Shown one piece after another: positions 1 through 8,523 of a stretch of 26,785 nt of DNA (within the stretch, counting starts at the first letter, position 1; every line of letters starts with the position of its first letter). The position numbers were made by a program, and so were the translations under genes. The DNA is from a bacterium (GTDB lineage Bacteria > Pseudomonadota > Gammaproteobacteria > Burkholderiales > Methylophilaceae), in NCBI GenBank assembly GCA_027310505.1, contig DAIDAS010000437.1:1-26785 (forward strand), in the 5' to 3' direction. The notes below the pieces were generated by a model. The model was not told the origin of the DNA. It did no database searches and saw nothing but the letters and a program-made list of their open reading frames with translations.

Positions 1-1
1 C

Positions 2-370
2 GCCTATACCGACCCGGAAGTGGCCTGGGCCGGCGTCAGCGAAACAGACGCCAAGGCCCGTGGCATCGAGATCGAGAAAGCCAGCTTCCCGTGGGTGGCA
101 AGCGGCCGCGCGCTGTCCATCGCCCGCACCGAAGGCACCACCAAGCTGATCATGGAAAAAGGTACGCGCCGCATTATTGGTGCCGGCATCGTCGGCCCCA
201 ACGCCGGCGAACTGCTGGCCGAAGCCGTGCTGGCGATCGAGATGGGCGCAGACGCCGAGGATATCGGCCTCACCATCCACGCGCACCCGACCCTGTCGGA
301 AACCGTGTGCTTCGCAGCGGAAATGGCGGAAGGCACGATTACCGATTTGCTTCCTCCTAAAAAGCGCTAA
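2..370 (+). CDS. lpdA: Dihydrolipoamide dehydrogenase, C-terminal dimerisation domain (5' truncated by the window)
   Basis: Frame is open from base 2: AYTDPEVAWAG...FPWVASGRA...GPNAGELLAEAVLAIEMGADAEDIGLTIHAHPTLSE, containing the HAHPTLSE catalytic His/Glu motif. Confidence 0.95.
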   Translation, partial: AYTDPEVAWAGVSETDAKARGIEIEKASFPWVASGRALSIARTEGTTKLIMEKGTRRIIGAGIVGPNAGELLAEAVLAIEMGADAEDIGLTIHAHPTLSETVCFAAEMAEGTITDLLPPKKR

Positions 371-416
371 CCACCTGATCCGGTTATGCTAGATTAGCAA
401 AAAGATGGAGGTGTAT

Positions 417-626
417 ATGCTAGCAATTGAGGGACTTACTCGAGCAGAAAAACTCCGCATGATGGAAGCGCTGTGGGATGATCTCGCTCACGACAAAGCC
501 ATACTCGCCTCCCCTTCATGGCATGGCGAAGCACTAAAGGCGGCCGAGAAAGCCATCGCCTCTGGACAAGCTGATTTTGTCGATTGGGAAATAGCCAAAC
601 AGAACCTGCGCAATGGCAAGGCATGA
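417..626 (+). CDS. Putative addiction-module antitoxin (TIGR02574-like)
   Basis: LTRAEKLRMMEALWDDL...SPSWHGEAL...G.ADFVDWEIAKQNL pattern. GGAGG at 407-411 favours ATG 417 over 405. ATGA overlap with the downstream toxin. Confidence 0.8.
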   Translation: MLAIEGLTRAEKLRMMEALWDDLAHDKAILASPSWHGEALKAAEKAIASGQADFVDWEIAKQNLRNGKA

Positions 627-919
627 AAATCAGGATTCTGAGTCTTGCGGTTCAGGATATTGAATCTGGGCAACGTTTTTATGAGCAGAATCAGGAAGGC
701 CTGGGCGTTTATTTTCTGGATTCCCTCTTCTCTGACATCGACTCACTTCTACTATATGCTGGCGTTCATCAGCAGTTTTTTGGCTATTACCGGACACTTT
801 CCAAGCGTTTTCCCTACGCCATTTACTATAAGTTGAATGACGAGACTATTGAAATCTGGCGCGTGCTGGACTGTCGGGCAAACCCTTCAAAAACCGAAAA
901 TGCATTAAAGCAGGACTAA
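623..919 (+). CDS. Type II TA toxin, RelE/ParE family
   Basis: MKIRILSLAVQDIESGQRFYE...GLGVYF...KRFPYAIYY...IEIWRVLDCRANP is a typical ParE/RelE-like pattern, 98 aa. ATG 623 overlaps the antitoxin TGA. Confidence 0.85.
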   Translation: MKIRILSLAVQDIESGQRFYEQNQEGLGVYFLDSLFSDIDSLLLYAGVHQQFFGYYRTLSKRFPYAIYYKLNDETIEIWRVLDCRANPSKTENALKQD

Positions 920-2283
920 TGTCGCCCGAAATCCTCTCCGCCTTAAGCTCGCAATTCCCACCGGATCGGTTGTTCACCGATCCGGTGGATTGCTACGCTT
1001 ACGCCTACGACAATTCCCGCAACTTCCGGCCGCCGCTGGCGGTGGTGTTCCCGCTCAATGCCGAGGAAGTGCAATCCGTGGTACGGCTGTGCCATGAGTA
1101 CCACGTGCCGCTGGTACCGCGCGGACGCGGCACCGGTACGGCGGGCGGCAGCGTACCGGAGCAAGGCGGCATCGCATTGTCGCTGGAGCGCATGAACCGT
1201 ATCCTGTCGCTCGACCCGGACAACCGCATGGCGATCATCGAGCCAGGTGTGCTGAACCAGGAGCTGCAGGACGGATTGAAGCCCAAGGGATTTTTCTGGC
1301 CGCCCGACCCTTCCAGCGCGCCGTATTGCAGCGTGGGTGGCAACCTTGCCACCTGCGCCGCCGGGCCGCATGCGGTCAAATACGGCGTGGCGCGCGACCA
1401 TGTGCTGGGGCTGAAAGCGGTCACCGGCACCGGCGACCTGATCCGCACCGGCTGCTACACCACCAAGGGCGTGGTGGGGTATGACCTCACACGTCTCATC
1501 GTCGGCTCCGAAGGCACGCTGGCCGTGATCGTCGAAGCCACGCTGAAGCTGACCCCGCTGCCGCGCACCACTGGCGGCATTACCGCACAATATCGCGACA
1601 CCACCAGTTGCGCCCACGCCATTGCCGCCATCATGGCGCAGCCGTTCATCCCTTCCGCGCTGGAGTTCCTCGACAACAACGCACTCAACCTGATCCGAGG
1701 GCGCCACCCTGGCATGCTGCCGGACGACATGCGCGCGCTGCTGATGATCGAGGTGGATGGCTCGCAGAGTGAAGTGGCCGAGGCCACGGAAGCCGTGCTC
1801 AATGCCTGTAAAGTCGACGGCCTGATCGAGGCAAAAGAAGCCAACGATACCAAGGCGCTGTGGGCGGCGCGCAAGGCGCTCTCCCCTTTGCTGCGCGACG
1901 TGGCGCCAAAGAAAATCAACGAAGACGTGGCCGTGCCGGTTTCACGCCTGCCGGAACTGCTGGGCGGCATCGAACAACTGGCGGCGCGTTACCAGGTCGC
2001 CAACGTCAATTTCGGCCATGCCGGCAACGGCAACATCCACGTCAACCTGCTGGTCAACCCGGATGACTCCGAAGAAATGCAACGCGCCGAAGCGTGCCTG
2101 GATGAAGTGTTTTCGCTGGTGCTGTCGCTGGATGGCACGCTGTCGGGCGAGCATGGCGTGGGCATGGCCAAGCGCCCGTTCGTCCCGCGCGAGATCGACG
2201 AAACCACGATCAGAATGATGAAGTCGGTCAAACAGGCGTTCGACCCGAACAACATCCTGAATCCGGGGAAGCTATTCCCCTGA
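919..2283 (+). CDS. FAD-linked oxidase, GlcD / D-2-hydroxyacid dehydrogenase family
   Basis: PRGRGTGTAGG, PDPSS..CSVGGNLATCAAG..AVKYG, GYDLTRLIVGSEGTL, HAGNGNIH, GTLSGEHGVG and DPNNILNPGK motifs. Substrate cannot be assigned. Confidence 0.9.
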   Translation: MSPEILSALSSQFPPDRLFTDPVDCYAYAYDNSRNFRPPLAVVFPLNAEEVQSVVRLCHEYHVPLVPRGRGTGTAGGSVPEQGGIALSLERMNRILSLDPDNRMAIIEPGVLNQELQDGLKPKGFFWPPDPSSAPYCSVGGNLATCAAGPHAVKYGVARDHVLGLKAVTGTGDLIRTGCYTTKGVVGYDLTRLIVGSEGTLAVIVEATLKLTPLPRTTGGITAQYRDTTSCAHAIAAIMAQPFIPSALEFLDNNALNLIRGRHPGMLPDDMRALLMIEVDGSQSEVAEATEAVLNACKVDGLIEAKEANDTKALWAARKALSPLLRDVAPKKINEDVAVPVSRLPELLGGIEQLAARYQVANVNFGHAGNGNIHVNLLVNPDDSEEMQRAEACLDEVFSLVLSLDGTLSGEHGVGMAKRPFVPREIDETTIRMMKSVKQAFDPNNILNPGKLFP

Positions 2284-2418
2284 TTACTTGGCGGGCGGCA
2301 CCGACCGCCTGAAGGCTTGCTCCGCCACTTTCTTGACCACCTTGCCAGCAACGCGTTTGACCACCACCACGGTCGCAGCCACCACCACCTTTTTCACTAC
2401 CGATCTGAGCAGTCCCAT
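2284..2418 (-). CDS. Unannotated 44-aa cationic Val/Lys-rich small protein (MGLLRSVVKKVVVAATVVVVKRVAGKVVKKVAEQAFRRSVPPAK)
   Basis: Hand-translated. AGGAG Shine-Dalgarno 5 nt before ATG 2418, overlapping the SPOR gene TAG. TAA at 2284-2286 directly abuts the TGA of the convergent oxidase. Confidence 0.65.
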   Translation of the reverse strand: MGLLRSVVKKVVVAATVVVVKRVAGKVVKKVAEQAFRRSVPPAK

Positions 2419-2426
2419 GTTTTCTC

Positions 2427-3113
2427 CTATGGACAAGCCACTTTTTTCAGCTCGCTGCCGGGAAAATCCGGCTGCAGCCGGATAATTTCATCCGCCACGT
2501 TATCGGCCACGTTCCTGATCAGAAAACTGGATTGGCCGTTTTCGTGGCCGCGCACCCCCTTGATGGCTGATCTCACGCCACGCGCATGCAGGTCGTCCAG
2601 TAGCTTGGTCGCCAGCGCCTCATCCTTGAACACGCCCAGCGAAATGGCATTGCGCCATTTCGGCTCCTGCACCACGAAGCTCTCTTCCACGCCCAGCGCC
2701 CGCACTTCGTTATTCTTGGCCTGTGCTTTCTCGGCGCTGGCCAGCGGGGGAATATAGATCCAGTAGCGCGAAGCCTCCTGCGAAGCCGTCTGCTTGAGCT
2801 CCGACTGGACGGAGAGTTTCTCCAGGATATTTTTTGCGCGGGGAATACTGCCAGCCAGAAAGCTGCCCCACTCGTAACACGCCGTTTGCAACGGTACCGG
2901 CTGCGGCGTTGGCGCTGGCGATGGGGCCGCGACCGGGGTTGCCTCCGCCTTCTTCGGCACCGTTGCCAGTTCTTCAGGTGTCAGAATCTTGATCTTATCC
3001 GCCTGAATGGCCTCATGGCCCGCCACGATGCCGACCGGATGCGATTCATTAAGCTTGAAATAGCCGAAGAGCACCAGATTCAGGAGCAACAACAGCCAGA
3101 CGAACCATTTCAT
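2427..3113 (-). CDS. SPOR-domain cell-envelope protein with N-terminal membrane anchor
   Basis: MKWFVWLLLLLNLVLFGY anchor, Pro/Ala linker, then CYEWGSF...YWIYIPP...NAISLGVF SPOR-like repeats. ATGA overlap with coaX; this is the usual position after birA-coaX. Confidence 0.8.
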   Translation of the reverse strand: MKWFVWLLLLLNLVLFGYFKLNESHPVGIVAGHEAIQADKIKILTPEELATVPKKAEATPVAAPSPAPTPQPVPLQTACYEWGSFLAGSIPRAKNILEKLSVQSELKQTASQEASRYWIYIPPLASAEKAQAKNNEVRALGVEESFVVQEPKWRNAISLGVFKDEALATKLLDDLHARGVRSAIKGVRGHENGQSSFLIRNVADNVADEIIRLQPDFPGSELKKVACP

Positions 3114-3841
3114 TCGTATTCTCTTTCGATCAGCCACAGTCCATGTAGCACCAGATTATCTGCGATCTCGGCAGAGCTGGATAGCGCCGCCTGCAATCCG
3201 GAGGCATCGCCACCCGACAGCACGCAGCGCGGCGCAAAACCTTCCTTGGCCTGCAGGGAATCGCGCATCATCTCCACCGCCCCAGCCATGGCCAGCCACG
3301 CACCGGAACAGATGGCATCGCCGGTGTTGACCGGAAAATGCTGCAGATGTCCTTCCGTCACGGCCAGCCCGGCTGTCCCGGAAGCCAGCGCTGCCTGCAT
3401 CATGCGCCAGCCCGGCACGATCAGGCCACCCAGAAACTCGCCCCGCGATGACAGGGCATCCACCGTCAACGCCGTGCCAGCCGTGGCCACCACACACGGC
3501 CCGCCATAGCGGTGCCAGGCTGCCACCAGTGCTGCCCAGCGGTCGGAACCCAGCTGTCCGGGCCGGGCGTATGCATTGGTGACCCCGCAGGCCGATGCCG
3601 TAGACGTGACGGTCAATAACGGCAGCTGCTGGTTTGCGCAAATTGATTGCAGCTGCCCGGCAATGGCCGCTCCCGCCACATTCGACACGACAGCCCGGCG
3701 GCAGCCGGCCCATCCCTGTGCAACCGGCAACAAGCTATCCAGGCGATCATTCTCGACATCGCCCTGGCTCAACAACGTGCCTGAGGCATCGAACACCCCC
3801 CATTTTGTGCGGGTGTTGCCGGAATCGATGGCGACGATCAC
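3110..3841 (-). CDS. coaX: Type III pantothenate kinase
   Basis: IDSGNTRTKW, LGSDRWAAL, VVATAGTALTVD, GGLIVPG, LSGGDA and LVLHGL motifs. Confidence 0.95.
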   Translation of the reverse strand: MIVAIDSGNTRTKWGVFDASGTLLSQGDVENDRLDSLLPVAQGWAGCRRAVVSNVAGAAIAGQLQSICANQQLPLLTVTSTASACGVTNAYARPGQLGSDRWAALVAAWHRYGGPCVVATAGTALTVDALSSRGEFLGGLIVPGWRMMQAALASGTAGLAVTEGHLQHFPVNTGDAICSGAWLAMAGAVEMMRDSLQAKEGFAPRCVLSGGDASGLQAALSSSAEIADNLVLHGLWLIEREYE

Positions 3842-4815
3842 GCCATGCCCCGCAGGCTCACTTCGCCCGCAGCAAAACGCTGCAGACCCTCGGTAGTGTT
3901 GACCAGCAAGGCACCATCGGCGGCGATGCCCCCCGCGATACCCTCGATCTCGCGACCATCCGGCATCAGCAGTCGCACCGGGTGGTTCTCATAGGCATGC
4001 TGCGCCATCCATTCATTGCGAAGCGATTCGAAACCTTCAGACTCAAATTGATTCAGCACGACGGCCAGATGCCGCAACACCGTGCCCAATCCATGCGACG
4101 AATCGACCGTCTGCGGGGCGATGCTATGCAAATCAATCGCCGCCTGATCAATGGCCTTACGCAAAGGCTCCGGCAGCCGCAGGTTGAGGCCGATGCCGAT
4201 CACGGCAGCGCTGGGGCCGTCCATGTCACCCTGCAGCTCGATCAGGATGCCGGCCAGCTTGCGGTTTTCATGCAGCACATCGTTCGGCCACTTCAGCCCG
4301 GCGCCTTCGACGCCCAGCTCCTGCAGGGCGCGCATCAGCGCCACCCCCACTGCCAGGCTCAGGCCAGACAATGCCCCGGCGCCACAATCGAAACGCCACA
4401 GCACGGAAAATGTCAGGCTGTTGCCCAGCCCGGCCTGCCACACCCGGCCACGCCGCCCCCGCCCTTGCGTCTGCAGTTCGGTCACCACGCACACCCCATG
4501 GGCCGCGCCGATTGCCGCCTGCTGCATCAGGTGGGTGTTGGTGGATGCGAGCTGATCATGGATTTCGAGCGTAAATTTCGGGCCATGTTCACCAAGAACC
4601 GTCAGCACGCGCCCGGCCTCGATAAAATTGACCGGCTCCGGCAGGCGATAGCCCTTGCCGCGCACCGAAAACAGCCGCACACCGAGCGATTCTGTGTCCT
4701 GCAAGGCATTCCATACCGTCGCCCGGGTCACGCCGAAATGACGCGCAATGGCTTCGCCGGACTGGAACTGGCCGTCTGCGAGCAGGCGCAGGATAGGAAA
4801 TGTGAGCGAATTCAT
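3838..4815 (-). CDS. birA: Bifunctional biotin-protein ligase / HTH repressor
   Basis: N-terminal HTH (FQSGEAIARHFGVTRATVW..GKGYRL), then QTQGRGRRGRVW, LKWPNDV, KLAGILIE, GIGLN and C-terminal AGEVSLR. Confidence 0.96.
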   Translation of the reverse strand: MNSLTFPILRLLADGQFQSGEAIARHFGVTRATVWNALQDTESLGVRLFSVRGKGYRLPEPVNFIEAGRVLTVLGEHGPKFTLEIHDQLASTNTHLMQQAAIGAAHGVCVVTELQTQGRGRRGRVWQAGLGNSLTFSVLWRFDCGAGALSGLSLAVGVALMRALQELGVEGAGLKWPNDVLHENRKLAGILIELQGDMDGPSAAVIGIGLNLRLPEPLRKAIDQAAIDLHSIAPQTVDSSHGLGTVLRHLAVVLNQFESEGFESLRNEWMAQHAYENHPVRLLMPDGREIEGIAGGIAADGALLVNTTEGLQRFAAGEVSLRGMA

Positions 4816-4825
4816 GATCGGTTCA

Positions 4826-4854
4826 ATTATACCTGCCCCGGCACGGTGTAAAAT
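4826..4854. promoter_or_regulatory. Overlapping divergent sigma70-type -10 elements (birA: TATAAT on minus strand 4826-4831; glnS: TAAAAT on plus strand 4849-4854)
   Basis: Both hexamers are read directly in the 68-bp birA/glnS intergenic gap. The -35 elements are poor. Confidence 0.45.
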
Positions 4855-4883
4855 GGCGGTTAATCAACCAGCATCGATTTGCC

Positions 4884-6656
4884 ATGTCCGAAGAAAAAAA
4901 TCCCGCCCCGTCCAACTTCCTGCGCCAAATCATCGAACGCGATCTGGCGCAAGGCACCTATGCCAACCGCCACTGGGCGCATGCCCCGGGCGATGCCGCA
5001 CAACAGGCTGCCGGCGAACCGGACCCGGCGAAGATCCGCACCCGTTTCCCGCCAGAACCGAACGGCTACCTGCACATCGGGCACGCCAAGAGCATCTGCC
5101 TGAATTTCGGGCTGGCACGCGATTACGGCGGTGTTTGCCATATGCGCTTCGACGACACCAACCCGGAGAAGGAAGAACAGGAATACGTCGACTCCATTAC
5201 CGATTCCGTTCAGTGGCTGGGCTTCTCGTGGCAGGGTTTTGGCGACACCAACCTGTATTTCGCCAGCAACTATTTCGACTTCATGTATCGCGCCGCCGAG
5301 GCGCTGATTGAAACCGGCCACGCCTATGTCGACCAGCAAACGGCCGACGAAATGCGCGCCAACCGCGGCACCCTCACCGAGGCCGGCAAGGATTCGCCGT
5401 GGCGCAATCGCAGCGCCGCAGAAAACCTCGCGCTGTTCCGCGAAATGCGTGACGGCAGGCACGCCGACGGCGCCATGATCCTGCGCGCGAAGATCGACAT
5501 GGCTTCGCCCAACATCAACCTGCGCGACCCGGCCATTTACCGTATCAAGCGCGCCACCCACCACAACACCGGCGACAAGTGGTGCATCTACCCGATGTAC
5601 ACCTTTGCCCACCCGATCGAGGACGCGCTGGAGAACATCACCCACTCCATCTGCACGCTGGAATTCGAAGACCAGCGCCCGTTCTACGACTGGGTGCTGG
5701 ATCGCTTGGCCGAAGCCGGCCTGCTGGCGCATCCGCTACCGAAACAGTACGAATTCGCGCGCCTCAACCTGACTTACGTCATCACCAGCAAGCGCAAGCT
5801 GATGCAACTGGTCACTGAAAACTTCGTCGAAGGCTGGGACGACCCGCGCATGCCGACCATCGTCGGCCTGCGCCGCCGCGGCTACACGCCGGAAGCGATC
5901 CAGCTGTTCGCCGAGCGCATCGGCGTTTCCAAGGCCGATTCGTGGATCGACTATTCGACGCTGGAAGGCGCGTTGCGCGACGATCTCGACAGCAAGGCCG
6001 CCCGCGCCATGGCTGTGCTCGACCCGGTCAAGCTCAAGCTCACCAACTGGGCAGCCGTATTCGGCGCCGCCCAGGCGGAACCCTGCTCCGCACCGGTTCA
6101 CCCCCACCACGAAGAAATGGGGCGCCGCAGCTTCAATCTCACGCCCGAGCTTTACATCGAGCGCGAAGACTTCATGGAAGCGCCGCCCAAGGGCTACCAC
6201 CGCCTGTTCCCAGGCAACATGTCGCGCCTCAAGTATGGCTACGTCATCCACTGCACCGGCTGCGAGAAGGATGCCGCAGGCAACGTGACGGCAGTGCTGG
6301 CGGAGATCGTGCCCGACACCAAGAGCGGCACGCCGGGTGCCGATAGCGTGAAGGTGAAGGGCGTGATCACCTGGGTCTCGGCCAGCGAAGGCGTGCCGGC
6401 CGAAGTACGCATGTACGACCGGCTATTTACCGAAGCCCATCCGGATGCCGGCGGACGCAATTTCATCGACAGTCTCAACCCGGACAGCAAGAAAGTCATC
6501 ACCGCCTGGGTGGAGCCGGAGTTGGCCAATGCCGCGCCCGACACCAAGTTCCAGTTCGAGCGCCATGGCTATTTCGTCGCCGACCGCAAGGACACGCAAC
6601 CCGGCAAGCCGGTGTTCAACCGAGCGGTAACGCTGAAGGATAGCTGGCAAAAATAA
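4884..6656 (+). CDS. glnS: Glutamine--tRNA ligase
   Basis: RFPPEPNGYLHIGHAK (HIGH), RFDDTNP, YPMYTFAH, SICTLEFED, SKRKL, WDDPRMPT and FQFERHGYF motifs. Confidence 0.98.
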   Translation: MSEEKNPAPSNFLRQIIERDLAQGTYANRHWAHAPGDAAQQAAGEPDPAKIRTRFPPEPNGYLHIGHAKSICLNFGLARDYGGVCHMRFDDTNPEKEEQEYVDSITDSVQWLGFSWQGFGDTNLYFASNYFDFMYRAAEALIETGHAYVDQQTADEMRANRGTLTEAGKDSPWRNRSAAENLALFREMRDGRHADGAMILRAKIDMASPNINLRDPAIYRIKRATHHNTGDKWCIYPMYTFAHPIEDALENITHSICTLEFEDQRPFYDWVLDRLAEAGLLAHPLPKQYEFARLNLTYVITSKRKLMQLVTENFVEGWDDPRMPTIVGLRRRGYTPEAIQLFAERIGVSKADSWIDYSTLEGALRDDLDSKAARAMAVLDPVKLKLTNWAAVFGAAQAEPCSAPVHPHHEEMGRRSFNLTPELYIEREDFMEAPPKGYHRLFPGNMSRLKYGYVIHCTGCEKDAAGNVTAVLAEIVPDTKSGTPGADSVKVKGVITWVSASEGVPAEVRMYDRLFTEAHPDAGGRNFIDSLNPDSKKVITAWVEPELANAAPDTKFQFERHGYFVADRKDTQPGKPVFNRAVTLKDSWQK

Positions 6657-6686
6657 TAGCCGGGACAGCAAGGCAGCGGTGGCAGA

Positions 6687-7565
6687 TCACCGCGGCCGGG
6701 CCGCCTTTTTCGGCTCTTCCGGTTCAGGTTGCGGCGCAGCATCTGCGAACACCAGCAACCGTAGCGACAAGCTGATGAAGGCCGCCAGCCCCCAATACAC
6801 TGCGGCAAACAGCCAACAATCGATGGCCAGCGGACTGATCGAAACCACCACTGACAGCAAGCCGGATATCACCAGGGTCACCAGTTGCCCGACCATGATG
6901 CTTTTCTGGGTGGCGGAGGGAAACCTGGGCATGACAGATGGCATGCGGCGCGCCAGTCGCTTCCAGAGCATGAAAAACAGTGCCGATGCCAGGAAAGCAA
7001 GGCCCATCAAACCAGTCATCCGGTAGAACAAGTCGCTGGCCACTATTTCGTCCATTTCGACGGAATGGTCAGGCAACAGGTAAAGCGTGTAGGCGTCACC
7101 GACCGCGTACTCGTCTTCCAGTTTTCTTTTGAGGCCAGGCGCCGGCCACGACATCTCGGCCACGGACGCGTACCTCTGCCCTTTGTCGCCCTTGAACTCG
7201 AAAACGACGTCATAGTGCTTTCTGGCCTCGATCAGCGAAGTCTGGTCCTCGCCGAGTTCCACGGTGCGGATCTCGATGGAGGTCAGCCGGGCGTCGATGG
7301 TGCTGGCACGAGAATAATCCAGTAAACGTGCGGAAAGCAGATATGCCGGATACGCCACCAGCATGAGGGGCAATGCAAGCATGAACAGAAACAGCCCGAG
7401 TTTCGGCAAAAAGCCACCGACAGACCTTGCCGTGCCACGCAAGGAGGCCGTAAAACCAGCCCATCGGCTGGGCCGCGGCTGCGATGACTCGGCTTCCGGC
7501 TCCTGATTTTCTTCCGCTTCGGCCACTCTCTGCTTTCCACGTCGGCTTGGGTTATACATTGTCAA
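6687..7565 (-). CDS. Hypothetical integral membrane protein (TM, soluble beta-rich domain resembling DUF3592, then about 3 TMs)
   Basis: 292-aa ORF with hydrophobic segments (LGLFLFMLALPLMLVAY; LMGLAFLASALFFMLW; two more) flanking a YDVVFEF...YAVGDAYTLY segment. The family guess is weak. Confidence 0.7.
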   Translation of the reverse strand: MTMYNPSRRGKQRVAEAEENQEPEAESSQPRPSRWAGFTASLRGTARSVGGFLPKLGLFLFMLALPLMLVAYPAYLLSARLLDYSRASTIDARLTSIEIRTVELGEDQTSLIEARKHYDVVFEFKGDKGQRYASVAEMSWPAPGLKRKLEDEYAVGDAYTLYLLPDHSVEMDEIVASDLFYRMTGLMGLAFLASALFFMLWKRLARRMPSVMPRFPSATQKSIMVGQLVTLVISGLLSVVVSISPLAIDCWLFAAVYWGLAAFISLSLRLLVFADAAPQPEPEEPKKAARPR

Positions 7566-7684
7566 CGGTTAGGCGGGCGATTACTTTAGCGATATTCGCC
7601 CACCGTAGGCCGGGCGGTGCCACTTTACAAGCCGATCCGCGATAATTTAGCCTACCTGTGTCATCATTAACGCCCATCATGGCC

Positions 7685-8344
7685 ATGAAGAACCCTGTGA
7701 ACCTGAACGCCTACAGCACACTGGTATTCGACTGCGACGGTGTCATTCTCGATTCCAACAAGGTGCGGGCACGCGCCTTCTACAACGCGGCATTGCCATA
7801 TGGCAAGCAGCATGCAGAAGCGCTGGAGGCCTACCACATCCTGCACGGGGGGGTGTCACGCTACGTGAAGTTTGAAATTCTGCTGCGCGACATGGTTGGC
7901 GTCCCGGTGACTGAACAGGCGATGCAAGCGCTGCTGCATGCCTTCACCACCGAGGCCACCATCGGCCTGCTGCAATGCGACATCGCACCGGGGCTGGAAT
8001 CATTGCGCCAGGCGACTCCGCATGCCAGGTGGATACTGGTTTCCGGCGCCGATGAAAAAGAACTGCGCAACGTGTTCGCACAGCGTGGCATTGCCGAGTT
8101 CTTCGATGGCGGCATTTTCGGCAGCCCGAGCAACAAGGACGATATCCTGCAGCGCGAAAAGAAAAGCGGCAACCTGACCCAGCCCGGCCTGTTTTTCGGC
8201 GATAGCCGCTACGATCACCAAGCCGCCACGGGGGCTGGACTGGATTTCGTCTTTGTCAGCGGCTGGACGGATATGGAGGGCTGGGGAAACTACTGTCGAG
8301 AGCAGGGCATACCAACGATAAAGGGTCTCGGCCAAGCGTTGTAA
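7685..8344 (+). CDS. HAD-family hydrolase (phosphoglycolate phosphatase-like)
   Basis: Motif I LVFDCDGVILDSN, motif II LVSG, motif III K (SNKDD), motif IV FFGDSRYD. Start uncertain (7658, 7679 or 7685). Confidence 0.88.
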   Translation: MKNPVNLNAYSTLVFDCDGVILDSNKVRARAFYNAALPYGKQHAEALEAYHILHGGVSRYVKFEILLRDMVGVPVTEQAMQALLHAFTTEATIGLLQCDIAPGLESLRQATPHARWILVSGADEKELRNVFAQRGIAEFFDGGIFGSPSNKDDILQREKKSGNLTQPGLFFGDSRYDHQAATGAGLDFVFVSGWTDMEGWGNYCREQGIPTIKGLGQAL

Positions 8345-8523
8345 AAACCCGATACTTTTAATTTGGCTTGTGAATTTCACTTTGAACAAAAACGGCGCAT
8401 TCCCCTTTTTAGGCGTTAGCCAAGAGGGGATTAAGCCAGCCTGATGGTCGTGACCGCTTTGCAGTCACGTATGAATTAACGAGCGCTTGGTACTCATGCC
8501 TCGGGGGTAGCCCGCCAGAGTGG

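Noticed and set aside
2317-2757. Plus-strand His-rich ORF (HHHGRSHHH)
   Set aside because: It is the antisense shadow of GTG Val runs in the small peptide and of the SPOR gene, and has no Shine-Dalgarno.
3634-4851. 405-aa plus-strand ORF
   Set aside because: It is antisense to the clearly identified birA and coaX; long shadow ORFs are expected at high GC.
4860-5732. 290-aa minus-strand ORF
   Set aside because: Antisense shadow of glnS with no recognisable motifs.
6676-6711. Terminator after glnS
   Set aside because: Only 5-6 bp stems, lying mostly within the convergent gene's coding end; too weak to call.
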